Shown: positions 17,734-27,338 of the stretch, piece by piece
Position numbering within the stretch: the stretch's first letter is position 1
How the letters are laid out: every line of letters begins with the position of its first letter
NCBI GenBank assembly: GCA_033763635.1
Contig: JANRKG010000083.1
Span: forward strand, 1 to 55,722
DNA: 55,722 nucleotides
Reading direction: 5' to 3'
DNA from: Leptolyngbyaceae cyanobacterium bins.59
Lineage (GTDB): Bacteria; Cyanobacteriota; Cyanobacteriia; GCF-001939115
Notes under the pieces: generated by a model
Told to the model about the DNA's origin: nothing
What the model saw: only the letters and a program-made list of their open reading frames with translations
The model's database searches: none
Made by a program: the position numbers and the translations under genes

Positions 17734-19578
17734 CAAAAACTCATAAACAACGATCGCTTCAGCCGGAATTGTGATTTCTTGCCCTTGGGAAACTTCCTTG
17801 GGAAGGGAAGATCCTGGCCCTTTCCAGGATTCATCGGCTGAATTTAATAGTTGATGGCCTGTTCCGATGATCGTTGGGAAGTTGGTTGTGATGACCTCTC
17901 GATTGAAATTCAGGAGACAGATCAATTGGCTGTTTCCACCCGATCGCTGAAGAATAATTAATTTCTTTTCCTCATCTCCGCTGGCTTGAATACTATCCCG
18001 TTCCCAGTTCAGTAAGGCAGGATGGCTTTGGCGTAACTGGATCAAGTGGCGATGGAAGTTGAGTAACACTTGATAGGAACCTTGTTGGCGCTTTTCCCAA
18101 TGCAACTTGCAGATCAAGTAAGTCTCGATCGCCTGGGGATCTTGCGGATCACACTCGTAATGAAAGGCTTCCCCTTCCTTTTTCCGGCCTTCCTGCACCA
18201 TACGAATGAGATCAGGTTGGGAATGGCTGATGAAATAGGTAAAGGGTACATCTTCCCCATATTCTTCTCCCATAAATAACATGGGAAGAGAGGGAGATAG
18301 AAAAATCGCTCCGGCAGCAAGTTTCAAGGCTTCAAACGAAAGGCGTTGGGAAAGCCTTCGGCCTAACATTTGGTTTCCCACCTGATCATGATTTTGGGTG
18401 AAAACCACAAATTGGGAAGGAGGACGATCGCGCCCAGAGATGCCATGAAATCGATACCGATGGGGGGCGTATTTCCAATCGTACACAAAGCTGTCTTCGT
18501 AAGCCTTTGCAAGATGGGCACACTTCCCAAAGTCCTGATAGTACGCCTGGTTATCTCCCGTCAGTAAAGCATGAAGGGAATGATGGAAATCATCACACCA
18601 TTGGGCATCTAAGCCATAGCCTCCCCGGTCGGGCGATCGAATCATTTTGGGATCGTTCAGATCACTCTCGGCAATCAGATATCGCTGCCAGCCCTCTTCT
18701 TGAGAAAGAACGGCGGTGACTTCTGCCAATTCTTGCAGGAAATGTTTCGCGCCTAAATCATAAATCGCCTGGGTTGCATCCAGCCTTAATCCATCAAAGT
18801 GGAAGTCCCGGAGCCAATAGAGGGCATTTTGCAGAAAGTAATTTCGCACGCCTGGACTATGGGCATCGTCAAAGTTCATCGCAGCCCCCCAGGGGGTGCG
18901 GTAAATTTCTGTAAAGTAAGGTCCGAAGTGGCTCATGTAATTACCTTCGGGACCGAAGTGGTTATACACCACATCCAAAACCACTGCGATTCCTTCTCGA
19001 TGACAGGCATCAATCAGTTTTTTTAACCCCTGTGGTCCTCCATAGGAATTCTGGACTGCGAAGGGAAAAACTCCATCGTATCCCCAGTTGCGATAGGCCA
19101 GTTCTGCCTCTGAAGTGTTGTCTCCCGGAAACTGACCGATCGGCATGAGTTCGATCGCATTTACACCCGTTTCCCGCAAATCCTTGAGACGGGAAATGAT
19201 GGCTTCAAAAGTTCCTTCTGGAGTAAATGTCCCGACATGAAGTTCATAGAGAATCATTGACTCTAGCGGAATTCCTTTCCAGGTGCCATCTGTCCATTTA
19301 AAGGCAGGATCGATGACTTGCGAAGGCCCGTGAACGCCTTCCGGTTGATAAAAGGAAGCAGGGTCCGGATGGGCTTCATTTCCATCCAGTTCATAACGAT
19401 ATAGGGTTCCGGGCTGGATATCCGGGAGGGTCTTCTGCCAGTAGCCATCCGTCTGCTGTTCCAGGGGAATAGTCCGCGCTTCTGGGGTGAGCAACTGCAC
19501 CGCTACCTGTTTCTTCATCGGTGCCCAAACCCTAAACTCACAGTTTCCATCGCCCAGGTAATGTGCCCCGATTTTCAC
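17722..19578 (-). CDS. treZ: Malto-oligosyltrehalose trehalohydrolase
   Basis: 618 aa with a GTG start. N-terminus MKIGAHYLGDGNCEFRVWAP; GH13 regions VVLDVVYNH, GLRLDATQAI, IAESD and FTQNHDQVGN. Confidence 0.85.
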   Translation of the reverse strand: MKIGAHYLGDGNCEFRVWAPMKKQVAVQLLTPEARTIPLEQQTDGYWQKTLPDIQPGTLYRYELDGNEAHPDPASFYQPEGVHGPSQVIDPAFKWTDGTWKGIPLESMILYELHVGTFTPEGTFEAIISRLKDLRETGVNAIELMPIGQFPGDNTSEAELAYRNWGYDGVFPFAVQNSYGGPQGLKKLIDACHREGIAVVLDVVYNHFGPEGNYMSHFGPYFTEIYRTPWGAAMNFDDAHSPGVRNYFLQNALYWLRDFHFDGLRLDATQAIYDLGAKHFLQELAEVTAVLSQEEGWQRYLIAESDLNDPKMIRSPDRGGYGLDAQWCDDFHHSLHALLTGDNQAYYQDFGKCAHLAKAYEDSFVYDWKYAPHRYRFHGISGRDRPPSQFVVFTQNHDQVGNQMLGRRLSQRLSFEALKLAAGAIFLSPSLPMLFMGEEYGEDVPFTYFISHSQPDLIRMVQEGRKKEGEAFHYECDPQDPQAIETYLICKLHWEKRQQGSYQVLLNFHRHLIQLRQSHPALLNWERDSIQASGDEEKKLIILQRSGGNSQLICLLNFNREVITTNFPTIIGTGHQLLNSADESWKGPGSSLPKEVSQGQEITIPAEAIVVYEFLSNG

Positions 19579-19708
19579 GCTCGGTCCTCTCTTATATGAA
19601 TACTCAATGTTCTGTAGGTATCATTTCAGTCAGGAAAGGATAACCGTTAGTATCTGTAGAGAGATTTTGCAGGGAAAGGGCCTTGCTACTTGATAAAACC
19701 CCCATACA

Positions 19709-20668
19709 ATGTTGAATCAAGGATGGATTTACCGGGACCAGATCGATCGCACTAGTGCCGGAAAAACAGTTCTGGAATACTACTGCGATCGATATACCCA
19801 CTCAACGCCAGAAGAATGGGGCGATCGCATTGCGACAGGTCAGGTGTTGCTAGAGGGAAACCCTGTACTACCCGAAACCCTCCTGCAAATGGGCCAACAT
19901 CTCACCTACCATCGTCCTCCTTGGGAAGAACCGGACGTACCCCTCAATTTCTCAGTGCTGCATGAAGATCCGGATCTGATGGTTGTGGCAAAGCCTGCTG
20001 GCTTACCTGTCCTGCCAGGGGGTGGGTTTCTGGAACATACCCTGCTCTGGCAACTACAACAGCGCTATCCCCAGGAAACACCCTTACCCATCCATCGGTT
20101 GGGCCGGGGCACTTCTGGCTTGATGCTGCTGGCCCGATCGCCTCTGGCCCGCGCTCACCTGAGCCAGCAGATGCGCGATCGACACATTCGTAAAACTTAT
20201 CGTGTCCTCGTGGGTCCAGGGGATATTCCTGAGACGTTTACCATCACGCAACCCATTGGAAAACTGGTCCATTCTGTATTGGGATATGTGTATGGTGCAA
20301 ATCCTGAAGGCAGTGCGGCTTACAGTGAGGGGCAGGTGCTGCAACGGTGGTGCGATCGAACTCTGCTAGAAGTGACCATTCTCACAGGTCGCCCCCATCA
20401 GATTCGGATTCACCTCGCTAGTCTGGGCTATCCCCTCCTGGGTGATCCGCTCTATGATCCCGGAGGCATTCCCAAACCCCTTTTGAAAGACGGAAAAAAA
20501 CTTCCTGTTCCTGGAGATTGTGGCTACCATCTCCATGCTTACCATCTGACCCTGATTCATCCTGTCACCCATTCCCCCATCGCCTTTTCCTGTTTACCTC
20601 CTGAGGTGTTAAGGATTGAGGAAACTGACGATAGGGATAAAAGTTTACGGTATGGAAATAAACTTTAA
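19709..20668 (+). CDS. RluA-family pseudouridine synthase
   Basis: HRLGRGTSGLMLLA contains the catalytic Asp-region analogue. RKTYRVLV and GRPHQIRIHLASLGYPLLGDPLY are also present. Confidence 0.85.
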   Translation: MLNQGWIYRDQIDRTSAGKTVLEYYCDRYTHSTPEEWGDRIATGQVLLEGNPVLPETLLQMGQHLTYHRPPWEEPDVPLNFSVLHEDPDLMVVAKPAGLPVLPGGGFLEHTLLWQLQQRYPQETPLPIHRLGRGTSGLMLLARSPLARAHLSQQMRDRHIRKTYRVLVGPGDIPETFTITQPIGKLVHSVLGYVYGANPEGSAAYSEGQVLQRWCDRTLLEVTILTGRPHQIRIHLASLGYPLLGDPLYDPGGIPKPLLKDGKKLPVPGDCGYHLHAYHLTLIHPVTHSPIAFSCLPPEVLRIEETDDRDKSLRYGNKL

Positions 20669-20809
20669 TTCTTTTTAAGAATGGTTGCACCATCGGATCT
20701 TGTATTAAAATGAAATCGACTGAGTTTAGCGGTAGAGTTTGTTTCTGAGTATTTCTTCAAGCACCTCTCCGAATCTGACTCTTCAATTTCTCGATTCCTG
20801 AGGTGTTTT

Positions 20810-21142
20810 ATGGCGATTTATGTTGGTAATCTGTCTTATCAGGTTACACAAGAAGACTTGAGCGAAGTTTTCGCAGAATATGGGACTGTGAAGCGGGTTC
20901 AGTTACCTACTGACCGTGAAACAGGCCGGATGCGGGGCTTCGGTTTTGTCGAAATGGCAACGGATGCAGAAGAGGCCGCTGCTATTGAAGCATTAGACGG
21001 TGCAGAATGGATGGGCCGTGACCTGAAGGTTAATAAGGCCAAACCTCGGGAAGAAAAACCCAGATCCAACGGAGGCGGTTGGAATCAAGGAGGGGGAGGC
21101 CGTCGTGAGGGCCGAGGTGGAGGTGGCTACCGCCGCTTCTAA
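20810..21142 (+). CDS. RRM-type RNA-binding protein with Gly/Arg-rich tail (cyanobacterial Rbp class)
   Basis: RNP2 IYVGNL, RNP1 RGFGFVEM, and C-terminal GGGWNQGGGGRREGRGGGGYRRF. Confidence 0.9.
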   Translation: MAIYVGNLSYQVTQEDLSEVFAEYGTVKRVQLPTDRETGRMRGFGFVEMATDAEEAAAIEALDGAEWMGRDLKVNKAKPREEKPRSNGGGWNQGGGGRREGRGGGGYRRF

Positions 21143-21366
21143 GCTGTTAGAAACAATCATTTAGAAAAACTGGCAAAATTCTGAGGCTTTTCTGAGGCTT
21201 TGTTCTCCGGATATGTTTCTTAGAAATCTGGTTTTAGGAATGATTTTTTCTGAGGCAAGCCCAAACGAGTTTCGGCAAAGTTTTTAACTAGTTGAAATTA
21301 GTTTTTTAAATTAGTTTCTGTTGGTTAAGCTTGTTGATTGGTTTGTTAATTGATTTGTTGAAGAGG

Positions 21367-21398
21367 CTGATAGGTGTATCAACACCTATCAGTTTTTT
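21367..21398 (+). terminator. Rho-independent terminator, probably of the rbp transcript
   Basis: 10-bp perfect stem ctgataggtg / cacctatcag followed by TTTTTT. It lies about 225 nt downstream of the rbp stop codon. Confidence 0.65.
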
Positions 21399-21458
21399 GG
21401 TTTTTGTGGGTAATCGGTAGAGGACAGAAGGCAAAGGGAATGTACGATTGATCAGAAT

Positions 21459-21800
21459 TCAACCGTGTTTAAGCAGATCTAACCCCAACAAAACTCGTTC
21501 TGTATTGGACATATCTCCAATAATCCGCTGTAACGGCAGAGGTAGTTTCTTGATGAGCGTCGGGATGGCAACGATGTTTTCCGATAGGACCAGGTGGGGG
21601 CTTTCGTGAACATCAATCACTTCTAGCTGGTAGCGATCCTTCAGATGTTCCTCGCAAATCTTGTGAATATTTCGCAACGCCCTAACGGAATTCGGAGTTT
21701 TCCCTGCAATGTATAACCGCAGGTAATAGATGGGTTCTTCATCCAGGAGCCTATCTTGGCCGATGGGAGGCTGGAACGCTTCATTTCGCTCATGATTCAT
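21459..21800 (-). CDS. kaiB: KaiB-family clock protein
   Basis: YYLRLYIAGKTPNSVRALRNIHKICEEHLKDRYQLEVIDV...AIPTLIKKLPLPLQRIIGDMS matches the thioredoxin-like KaiB signature. It starts 17 nt downstream of kaiC. Confidence 0.85.
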   Translation of the reverse strand: MNHERNEAFQPPIGQDRLLDEEPIYYLRLYIAGKTPNSVRALRNIHKICEEHLKDRYQLEVIDVHESPHLVLSENIVAIPTLIKKLPLPLQRIIGDMSNTERVLLGLDLLKHG

Positions 21801-21817
21801 GTCAGTTGCCCCACAGC

Positions 21818-23536
21818 TTAAGATAGGTCTGAATTGAAGGTGATATGCTCAGCCTTCCGGGAATAGGCCATTGCTTCTTGCTCTACTATCAAGTTTTGAT
21901 GGTAAAGTTCCTCCTGTTTTTGCATCAGTCGCAGTTCCTCTTCCTCTGCCTGAAGTTGGGCCTGGAGAGCGGCCATTTGGGCCTGAACGATCGCTTGCTT
22001 CCGTTCAAATTCCCGTTGTTTGCGCTCAAACTCGTGCTGCCGGGCCAGAACTGTCTGCCGTTCCTTCACTTCCTGGGCGAGGCGGGCGCTTCCTGTGAGA
22101 ACCTCTCCCTGACCGATATAGGCTTCTCGTAACTCGATGCCCTGACGGGAGAGGGAAAATTCTCGAACTTGATTCGAGTGTTCCATACCTCTCGATTTGA
22201 GAATATATAAAACTCGGTTACGTTCTCCACTGCGTTCGAGCGTTCGCAATTCTAACCAGGTATCGATCAGAGATGAAACCCCGATCTCCGTCTGTTCCAG
22301 TGGGCTTCCACCTGCCGTCAGGTTGGTCAACAGAACAGTAATATGCTCGGCTTTCAGAAAATCAATCAGGCGAATGAAAAAAGTTCTGGCCTGATTCAGG
22401 GTGCCGCTCAGACTCAGGTTACTCATCGGGTCCATAATGACCGTTGTCACCTGGTAGGTTTGGAGCCAACTGAAGATTTTTACCAGATGCATTTCCAATC
22501 CGTAGGCCGTTGGGCGAACGGCTTTGAAATGAAGTAATCCCCGTTCTACAAAGGGTTCTAAATCCAGATTGACCGATCGCATGTTGCGTAAAATCTGTTG
22601 GGGCGCTTCTTCGAGAGCCAGATACAGGCAACGTTCTCCCCGAAGACAGGCTGCGTAGGCAACGTGAGCCGAGATTGTACTTTTCCCGGTGCCTGCGGTT
22701 CCGGTGATCAGGATGCTACTGCCCCGGTAAAACCCCTGCCCTCCCAACATTGCATCTAACTGGGGAATGCCAGAAGAAATTCGATCGTCCGATACAGAGT
22801 GATCGAGTTTGACAGAAGTGATGGGCAGAACGGAAATTCCATCTTCCTCAATGAGAAATGGATATTCATTGGTGCCGTGGCTAGACCCCCGGTACTTCAA
22901 GATTTGTAACCGTCGCGTCGCCAATTCTTCATTCAGGCGTTGATCGAGTCGAATGACGCAATCGGAGACGTATTCTTCCAGCCCCTGGCGGGTGAGGGTC
23001 TTTTCTCCCCGCTCGCCTGTGATAATTGTGGTAACTCCCTGAGCCTTAAGCCAGCGGAATAACCGTTGGAGTTCTGAGCGGATAATGGCACTGTTTGAGA
23101 GGCTGGTAAAGAGTACCTCGATCGTATCCAGAACGATCCGCTTGGCCCCAACGGATTGAATCGCAGCCCCTAACCGGATGAACAGCCCTTCCAGGTCATA
23201 GTCTCCAGTTTCATGGATTTCCTGGGGATCGATCGCAATGTGATCGATCGCCAACTTCTTCTCTTGGATGAGGTGTTCCAGATCCCACCCCAGAGATGCC
23301 ACATTCTGCGTGAGTTCTTCAGCGGTTTCCTCAAAAGCAACGAAAACGCCTGGTTCGTCGTATAAGGTGGCTCCCCGCACGAGAAATTCCATTCCCAAAA
23401 GGGTTTTGCCGCATCCTGCGGACCCACAGATCAGGGTTGGACGGCCCTTCGGCAATCCCCCGTCTGTTATTTCATCCAGTCCTCGAACTCCGGTCGGGCA
23501 CTTGGGTAGGACATTTTTAGAGGTGGATGTATTCAT
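21818..23536 (-). CDS. kaiC: KaiC-family double RecA/DnaB-like ATPase with extended C-terminal coiled coil
   Basis: CI Walker A GSAGCGKT with catalytic FEET. CII Walker A GTAGTGKS with LEEA. The phosphosite-equivalent segment is GVSSLIDT. At 572 aa it is about 50-60 aa longer than the canonical KaiC of roughly 520 aa, with a heptad-rich charged tail. Confidence 0.9.
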   Translation of the reverse strand: MNTSTSKNVLPKCPTGVRGLDEITDGGLPKGRPTLICGSAGCGKTLLGMEFLVRGATLYDEPGVFVAFEETAEELTQNVASLGWDLEHLIQEKKLAIDHIAIDPQEIHETGDYDLEGLFIRLGAAIQSVGAKRIVLDTIEVLFTSLSNSAIIRSELQRLFRWLKAQGVTTIITGERGEKTLTRQGLEEYVSDCVIRLDQRLNEELATRRLQILKYRGSSHGTNEYPFLIEEDGISVLPITSVKLDHSVSDDRISSGIPQLDAMLGGQGFYRGSSILITGTAGTGKSTISAHVAYAACLRGERCLYLALEEAPQQILRNMRSVNLDLEPFVERGLLHFKAVRPTAYGLEMHLVKIFSWLQTYQVTTVIMDPMSNLSLSGTLNQARTFFIRLIDFLKAEHITVLLTNLTAGGSPLEQTEIGVSSLIDTWLELRTLERSGERNRVLYILKSRGMEHSNQVREFSLSRQGIELREAYIGQGEVLTGSARLAQEVKERQTVLARQHEFERKQREFERKQAIVQAQMAALQAQLQAEEEELRLMQKQEELYHQNLIVEQEAMAYSRKAEHITFNSDLS

Positions 23537-23727
23537 GGACCAACAACCATCAGCGGTAAAGATAAGATCGAACGAGATGAATCAATGTAACGGGGGGAGG
23601 GGGATCGGTCCATTCCAATGCAACGCTTGAACGTCTTTGAAGTGTTCAAACATTTTAAGCATCAGGGTGTCCTAAACCCTCTTTATTTCATCCTAAGTCT
23701 CAAAGATGAAGAACTTCTGGAGATGGG

Positions 23728-24153
23728 TTAGTTGCGATAAAACTTGATGCTGTAACGATGATGCAGCGATTGTCCCCAAAACCAGCCAGCGATACTCCCT
23801 AAGAAGTAGGAGAGGAAGTCTTTCCAGGAAAAAACATTTCCTAAGATTAGTCTTCCCAGGAAAGTGGAGCGGAGTGCTTGCAGAATGGGAAGTTGCCAAA
23901 GTTGGAGAAATTCAATCAAACAAGTCGCTAAAAAGACCCCGATTGCAACCCCGGATACTGACGCTTGGGGCCAGATCAGTAGCACCAGTAAAATCCAAAA
24001 GATTTCGTAGGCCACACTGCCCAAAAAATCACTGAGCCAATGGGTGCCTCCTCCGTAGAAGCGCACAAAGTACCCCAGAGGAATGAGGATGAGCAAGCTC
24101 AGGAGTAACGTGAGGCGATATTTCCAAACCTGGGGAGATGGGGAGGATGACAC
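23728..24153 (-). CDS. Small integral membrane protein (DUF2809-like)
   Basis: 141 aa with a GTG start and four hydrophobic helices. The VRFYGGG..LSDFLGSVAYE region resembles DUF2809 proteins. It starts 2 nt after the upstream ORF stop. Confidence 0.5.
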   Translation of the reverse strand: MSSSPSPQVWKYRLTLLLSLLILIPLGYFVRFYGGGTHWLSDFLGSVAYEIFWILLVLLIWPQASVSGVAIGVFLATCLIEFLQLWQLPILQALRSTFLGRLILGNVFSWKDFLSYFLGSIAGWFWGQSLHHRYSIKFYRN

Positions 24154-24155
24154 AA

Positions 24156-24422
24156 TTACGATCGCTGCACTCGATTCTCAAACTCCTCGCGGGTGGACTC
24201 GACCAGGGCCAGCGCTTGCGGGTAGACCGTCGGCTGTTCTTGTTTCAACCAGGCCAACAACCGAGACATCTGGGCATTTCGCAAATCCAGATCTGCTTGA
24301 AAGATGGTCGTGGTTGCCAGATAGACAGCGTACTGTTCCGGATGGCCCTGAGCAACAAACTGGGCTGTCAAATAGGTCAAAGCTTGTTGCCGCACCGGAT
24401 CGGGAGTCTGATCAGGAATCAT
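24156..24422 (-). CDS. Hypothetical small soluble protein
   Basis: 88 aa, helical and acidic. Tightly packed between the AAA+ gene and the membrane-protein gene on the same strand. Confidence 0.45.
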   Translation of the reverse strand: MIPDQTPDPVRQQALTYLTAQFVAQGHPEQYAVYLATTTIFQADLDLRNAQMSRLLAWLKQEQPTVYPQALALVESTREEFENRVQRS

Positions 24423-24491
24423 AGATCTTAAGAAGAATGGATGGATTAATATTTCTGTATTGAAGAGGGATTGGCTCTGTCCTCTGCCTTC

Positions 24492-26363
24492 CTAAGCTTG
24501 CCGTTGTTGCATTAATGCCTGATACGCCAACTGGAAGTCTTCAGCGGTAATGCGAATCTGAGTAGGGTCGGTTTGCCCCTGCACTCGATAGCGACGAATG
24601 GCTTCCAAGGCTGCCTGATTGCTCAATAAAGCGAGGTCGGCACCGTTCCACCCGTCCGTTTGGGTGGCCCACTCGGTCAAATCGATCTCTTCCAGCGGAC
24701 GGTCTTGATTGTGAACTTGCAGAATTGCCAGTCGGCTTTCCAGATTGGGCAGATCGACCTTTAGTTGCAGGTCTAAGCGTCCGGCACGGAGAAGGGCGGG
24801 GTCCAGAGCAGAAGGACGATTGGTGGCTCCCACCAGGATCACATTCGGGCATCCCTGCAAGCCATCCAGTTCAGTCAGCAGTTGACCAACGACCCGATCG
24901 CTCACGCCCGAATCCCCCTGATGCTGACCGCGCACGGGAGCCAGGGTATCAATTTCATCAATAAAAACAACACAAGGCGCGGCCTGTCTGGCTTTGGTAA
25001 ACAATTCCCGCACTTCCTGTTCCGCTGCCCCAACCCAACGAGTCATCAGTTCAGGGCCATTCACGGCAATGAAGTTGGCCCGCGCCTGGGAGGCAACGGC
25101 TTTTGCCAATAAGGTTTTCCCCGTTCCGGGTGGACCCCACAACAGAATCCCTCTGGGCGCTTTCGCCCCCGTTTGGCGATAGAGTTCTGGATAGAGCAGA
25201 CCCCCTTCAACCGATTCCTGCAACTTCCGCTTGATCTCCTCCAACCCTCCAATTTCATCCCATTGGACGTTGGGAGCTTCGACTTCCACCGATCGCAGCA
25301 CCGAGGGTTTAATTTCCCGTGCCGCCAGGAGTAGATCCTCCTGGCTAATCGTCATATTGTCGGGCAGGGGGGCTTTCAGAGAGGGCACTTGGCGACGCAG
25401 AGCGGTATAGGCTGCTTTTTGGGTCAGGGCTTTTAAGTCGGCTCCCACTAGTCCCACACTCAAATCCGCGATCACCTCCAAATCAATTGAGCTATCCAGG
25501 GGCATGGAGCGGGTTAGAATTTTGAGAATTTCCAATCGCCCTTCACGATCGGGCACCCGGAACTGCACCTCACGATCGAACCGGCCCGGACGACGCAGGG
25601 CGGGATCAAGGTGATCGGGGCGATTGGTGGCTGCCAGCACAATGACCCCTGAGAGTTTAGCAAACCCATCCATCAAACCCAGAAGTTGGGCAACAAGGCG
25701 CTTCTCGACTTCCCCTTCTACTTTGCTGCGATCGGGCGCTAACGTATCAATTTCATCGATAAAAACGAGACAGGGAGCCGATCGCGAAGCTTTTTCAAAA
25801 ATGCTCCGCAACCGGGCTTCTGCTTCTCCGTAGTGTTTGCCCATCACCTCCGGGCCAACGATTGCAATATAGTTCGCGTCTAATTCTTCCGCCAGGGCAC
25901 GGGCGGTTAGGGTTTTCCCGGTGCCAGGGGGGCCAACCAGCAGAACTCCTCGTGTGGGTTCCAGTCCCATTTTCTTTAGCAGGTCTGGACGCTTGAGGGG
26001 AAGTTCCACCAGTTCCCGCAATTCCTGTAAAATGTCTCCCAGTCCACCGACATCGGTTAGAGAAACGCCTCCGGTACTATCCTCTTCGTCTTCAGAGACA
26101 GGAGGGGTGATGATGACGTTCGGATTGGCTGGATTTGATGAATTAGTTGGAGTTTCGGATGGTGCAGGGCTGGGACCGGGAGTTCGGATGCGGCTAGTAC
26201 CAATGCCTCCAGCACCTCCAGGAATATTTCCCTGGCGAGGAATACTACTCAGCGATCGAGAGTTAATCTGAATATCTGCCTTCAGTTCTCCCTTTTCCGC
26301 TTTTTCCTCTAACGTTTTTGCCAGTTCTAATAACTGCTCAAAGCCCTTAAATAAATTATCCAT
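24492..26363 (-). CDS. Cdc48/p97-like tandem AAA+ ATPase lacking a recognisable N-domain
   Basis: D1: GPPGTGKTLTARA and LVFIDEID. D2: GPPGTGKTLLAKA and VVFIDEID. Both carry GRFD/GRLD arginine-finger regions. The N-terminal 110 aa or so is a short helix plus a Pro/Ser/Gly-rich low-complexity linker. Confidence 0.85.
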   Translation of the reverse strand: MDNLFKGFEQLLELAKTLEEKAEKGELKADIQINSRSLSSIPRQGNIPGGAGGIGTSRIRTPGPSPAPSETPTNSSNPANPNVIITPPVSEDEEDSTGGVSLTDVGGLGDILQELRELVELPLKRPDLLKKMGLEPTRGVLLVGPPGTGKTLTARALAEELDANYIAIVGPEVMGKHYGEAEARLRSIFEKASRSAPCLVFIDEIDTLAPDRSKVEGEVEKRLVAQLLGLMDGFAKLSGVIVLAATNRPDHLDPALRRPGRFDREVQFRVPDREGRLEILKILTRSMPLDSSIDLEVIADLSVGLVGADLKALTQKAAYTALRRQVPSLKAPLPDNMTISQEDLLLAAREIKPSVLRSVEVEAPNVQWDEIGGLEEIKRKLQESVEGGLLYPELYRQTGAKAPRGILLWGPPGTGKTLLAKAVASQARANFIAVNGPELMTRWVGAAEQEVRELFTKARQAAPCVVFIDEIDTLAPVRGQHQGDSGVSDRVVGQLLTELDGLQGCPNVILVGATNRPSALDPALLRAGRLDLQLKVDLPNLESRLAILQVHNQDRPLEEIDLTEWATQTDGWNGADLALLSNQAALEAIRRYRVQGQTDPTQIRITAEDFQLAYQALMQQRQA

Positions 26364-26550
26364 TGGCTACCACTCTCCGGCGAACCCCAACAGCCTGCCT
26401 GAAGCCTAAAAGAATGGAACTTAGAGATGACAACGTATTTTGCGACGTTTCTGAAAATTCCAGTTCAAACGGTTTCAATCCAGTATAGCGAGGGAACCCC
26501 GATCCACCCGGACAATAGAGCATTCTTTACTCAAGCGTTCTTGTCAGATC

Positions 26551-27024
26551 CTAAGCGGCAAACAAAATTCGGTGTATTTCTACATCCAGCGTCCCAGGAA
26601 CTTCTTTAGCAATATGAATAATACGTTGGAGAACTCGACGATTCGGGACTTCTCCTTTCAAAATGACGACTCTACCTCGTTGAGAGACATGGAGATTCGC
26701 AACTTCACTTAACTGTAATTTTTGACTCAGAGCCAAAGCCACTCGCTTTGCAAGACCGTGATAGTCATATTCCCCGTTCACTCCGGTGCGCTCTGGAGGA
26801 ATTGTCGTAAACATGCGCTCTAGAACCACTGGTTCAAAACGGGAGCCTACACACTTCGATTGTAAAATCGGGCGCTTTTCCAGTCTTTTTTCTACATGCA
26901 AAGGTTTTTCCCTCACGCTCATAGGACTTAGCGTTCCTTGTGAAACTTTAATCAAACTACATCTATCTTGAGGTTTCTTAAAGAATATATGAACATCCTT
27001 CAAAAGACTATCTGCCTTTAGCAT
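26551..27024 (-). CDS. BON-domain protein
   Basis: C-terminal LHVSQRGRVVILKGEVPNRRVLQRIIHIAKEVPGTLDVEIHRI fits the BON pattern. The start is uncertain, with an internal ATG at codon 35. Confidence 0.5.
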   Translation of the reverse strand: MLKADSLLKDVHIFFKKPQDRCSLIKVSQGTLSPMSVREKPLHVEKRLEKRPILQSKCVGSRFEPVVLERMFTTIPPERTGVNGEYDYHGLAKRVALALSQKLQLSEVANLHVSQRGRVVILKGEVPNRRVLQRIIHIAKEVPGTLDVEIHRILFAA

Positions 27025-27338
27025 TAATTTCCGTAAGGTTACGTAGGATACCTAAATGATAGGAAAGTAGGGGAAAACACACGAACGAAGACAGGGGAAA
27101 AAGCAAGCTAAGTTTTGAGAAACTTGCTGTTTTGTAGACTGTTAACAGTTCTGCCAAGAGCCTGTTAAATCTGGTTTCACTATGAATGTGAATTTATTAT
27201 GAACTAAATCTTTAAAATCATCCAGAGGGGAAATGGGGAACAATCCACTCTTTGTACCCTTTAAGGCAACCGTAAATCTGCTTATTTCGAACAAATGCGC
27301 TGCTAGCCTTACCTTGCTCTTCTACCCAATTTCCAGTC

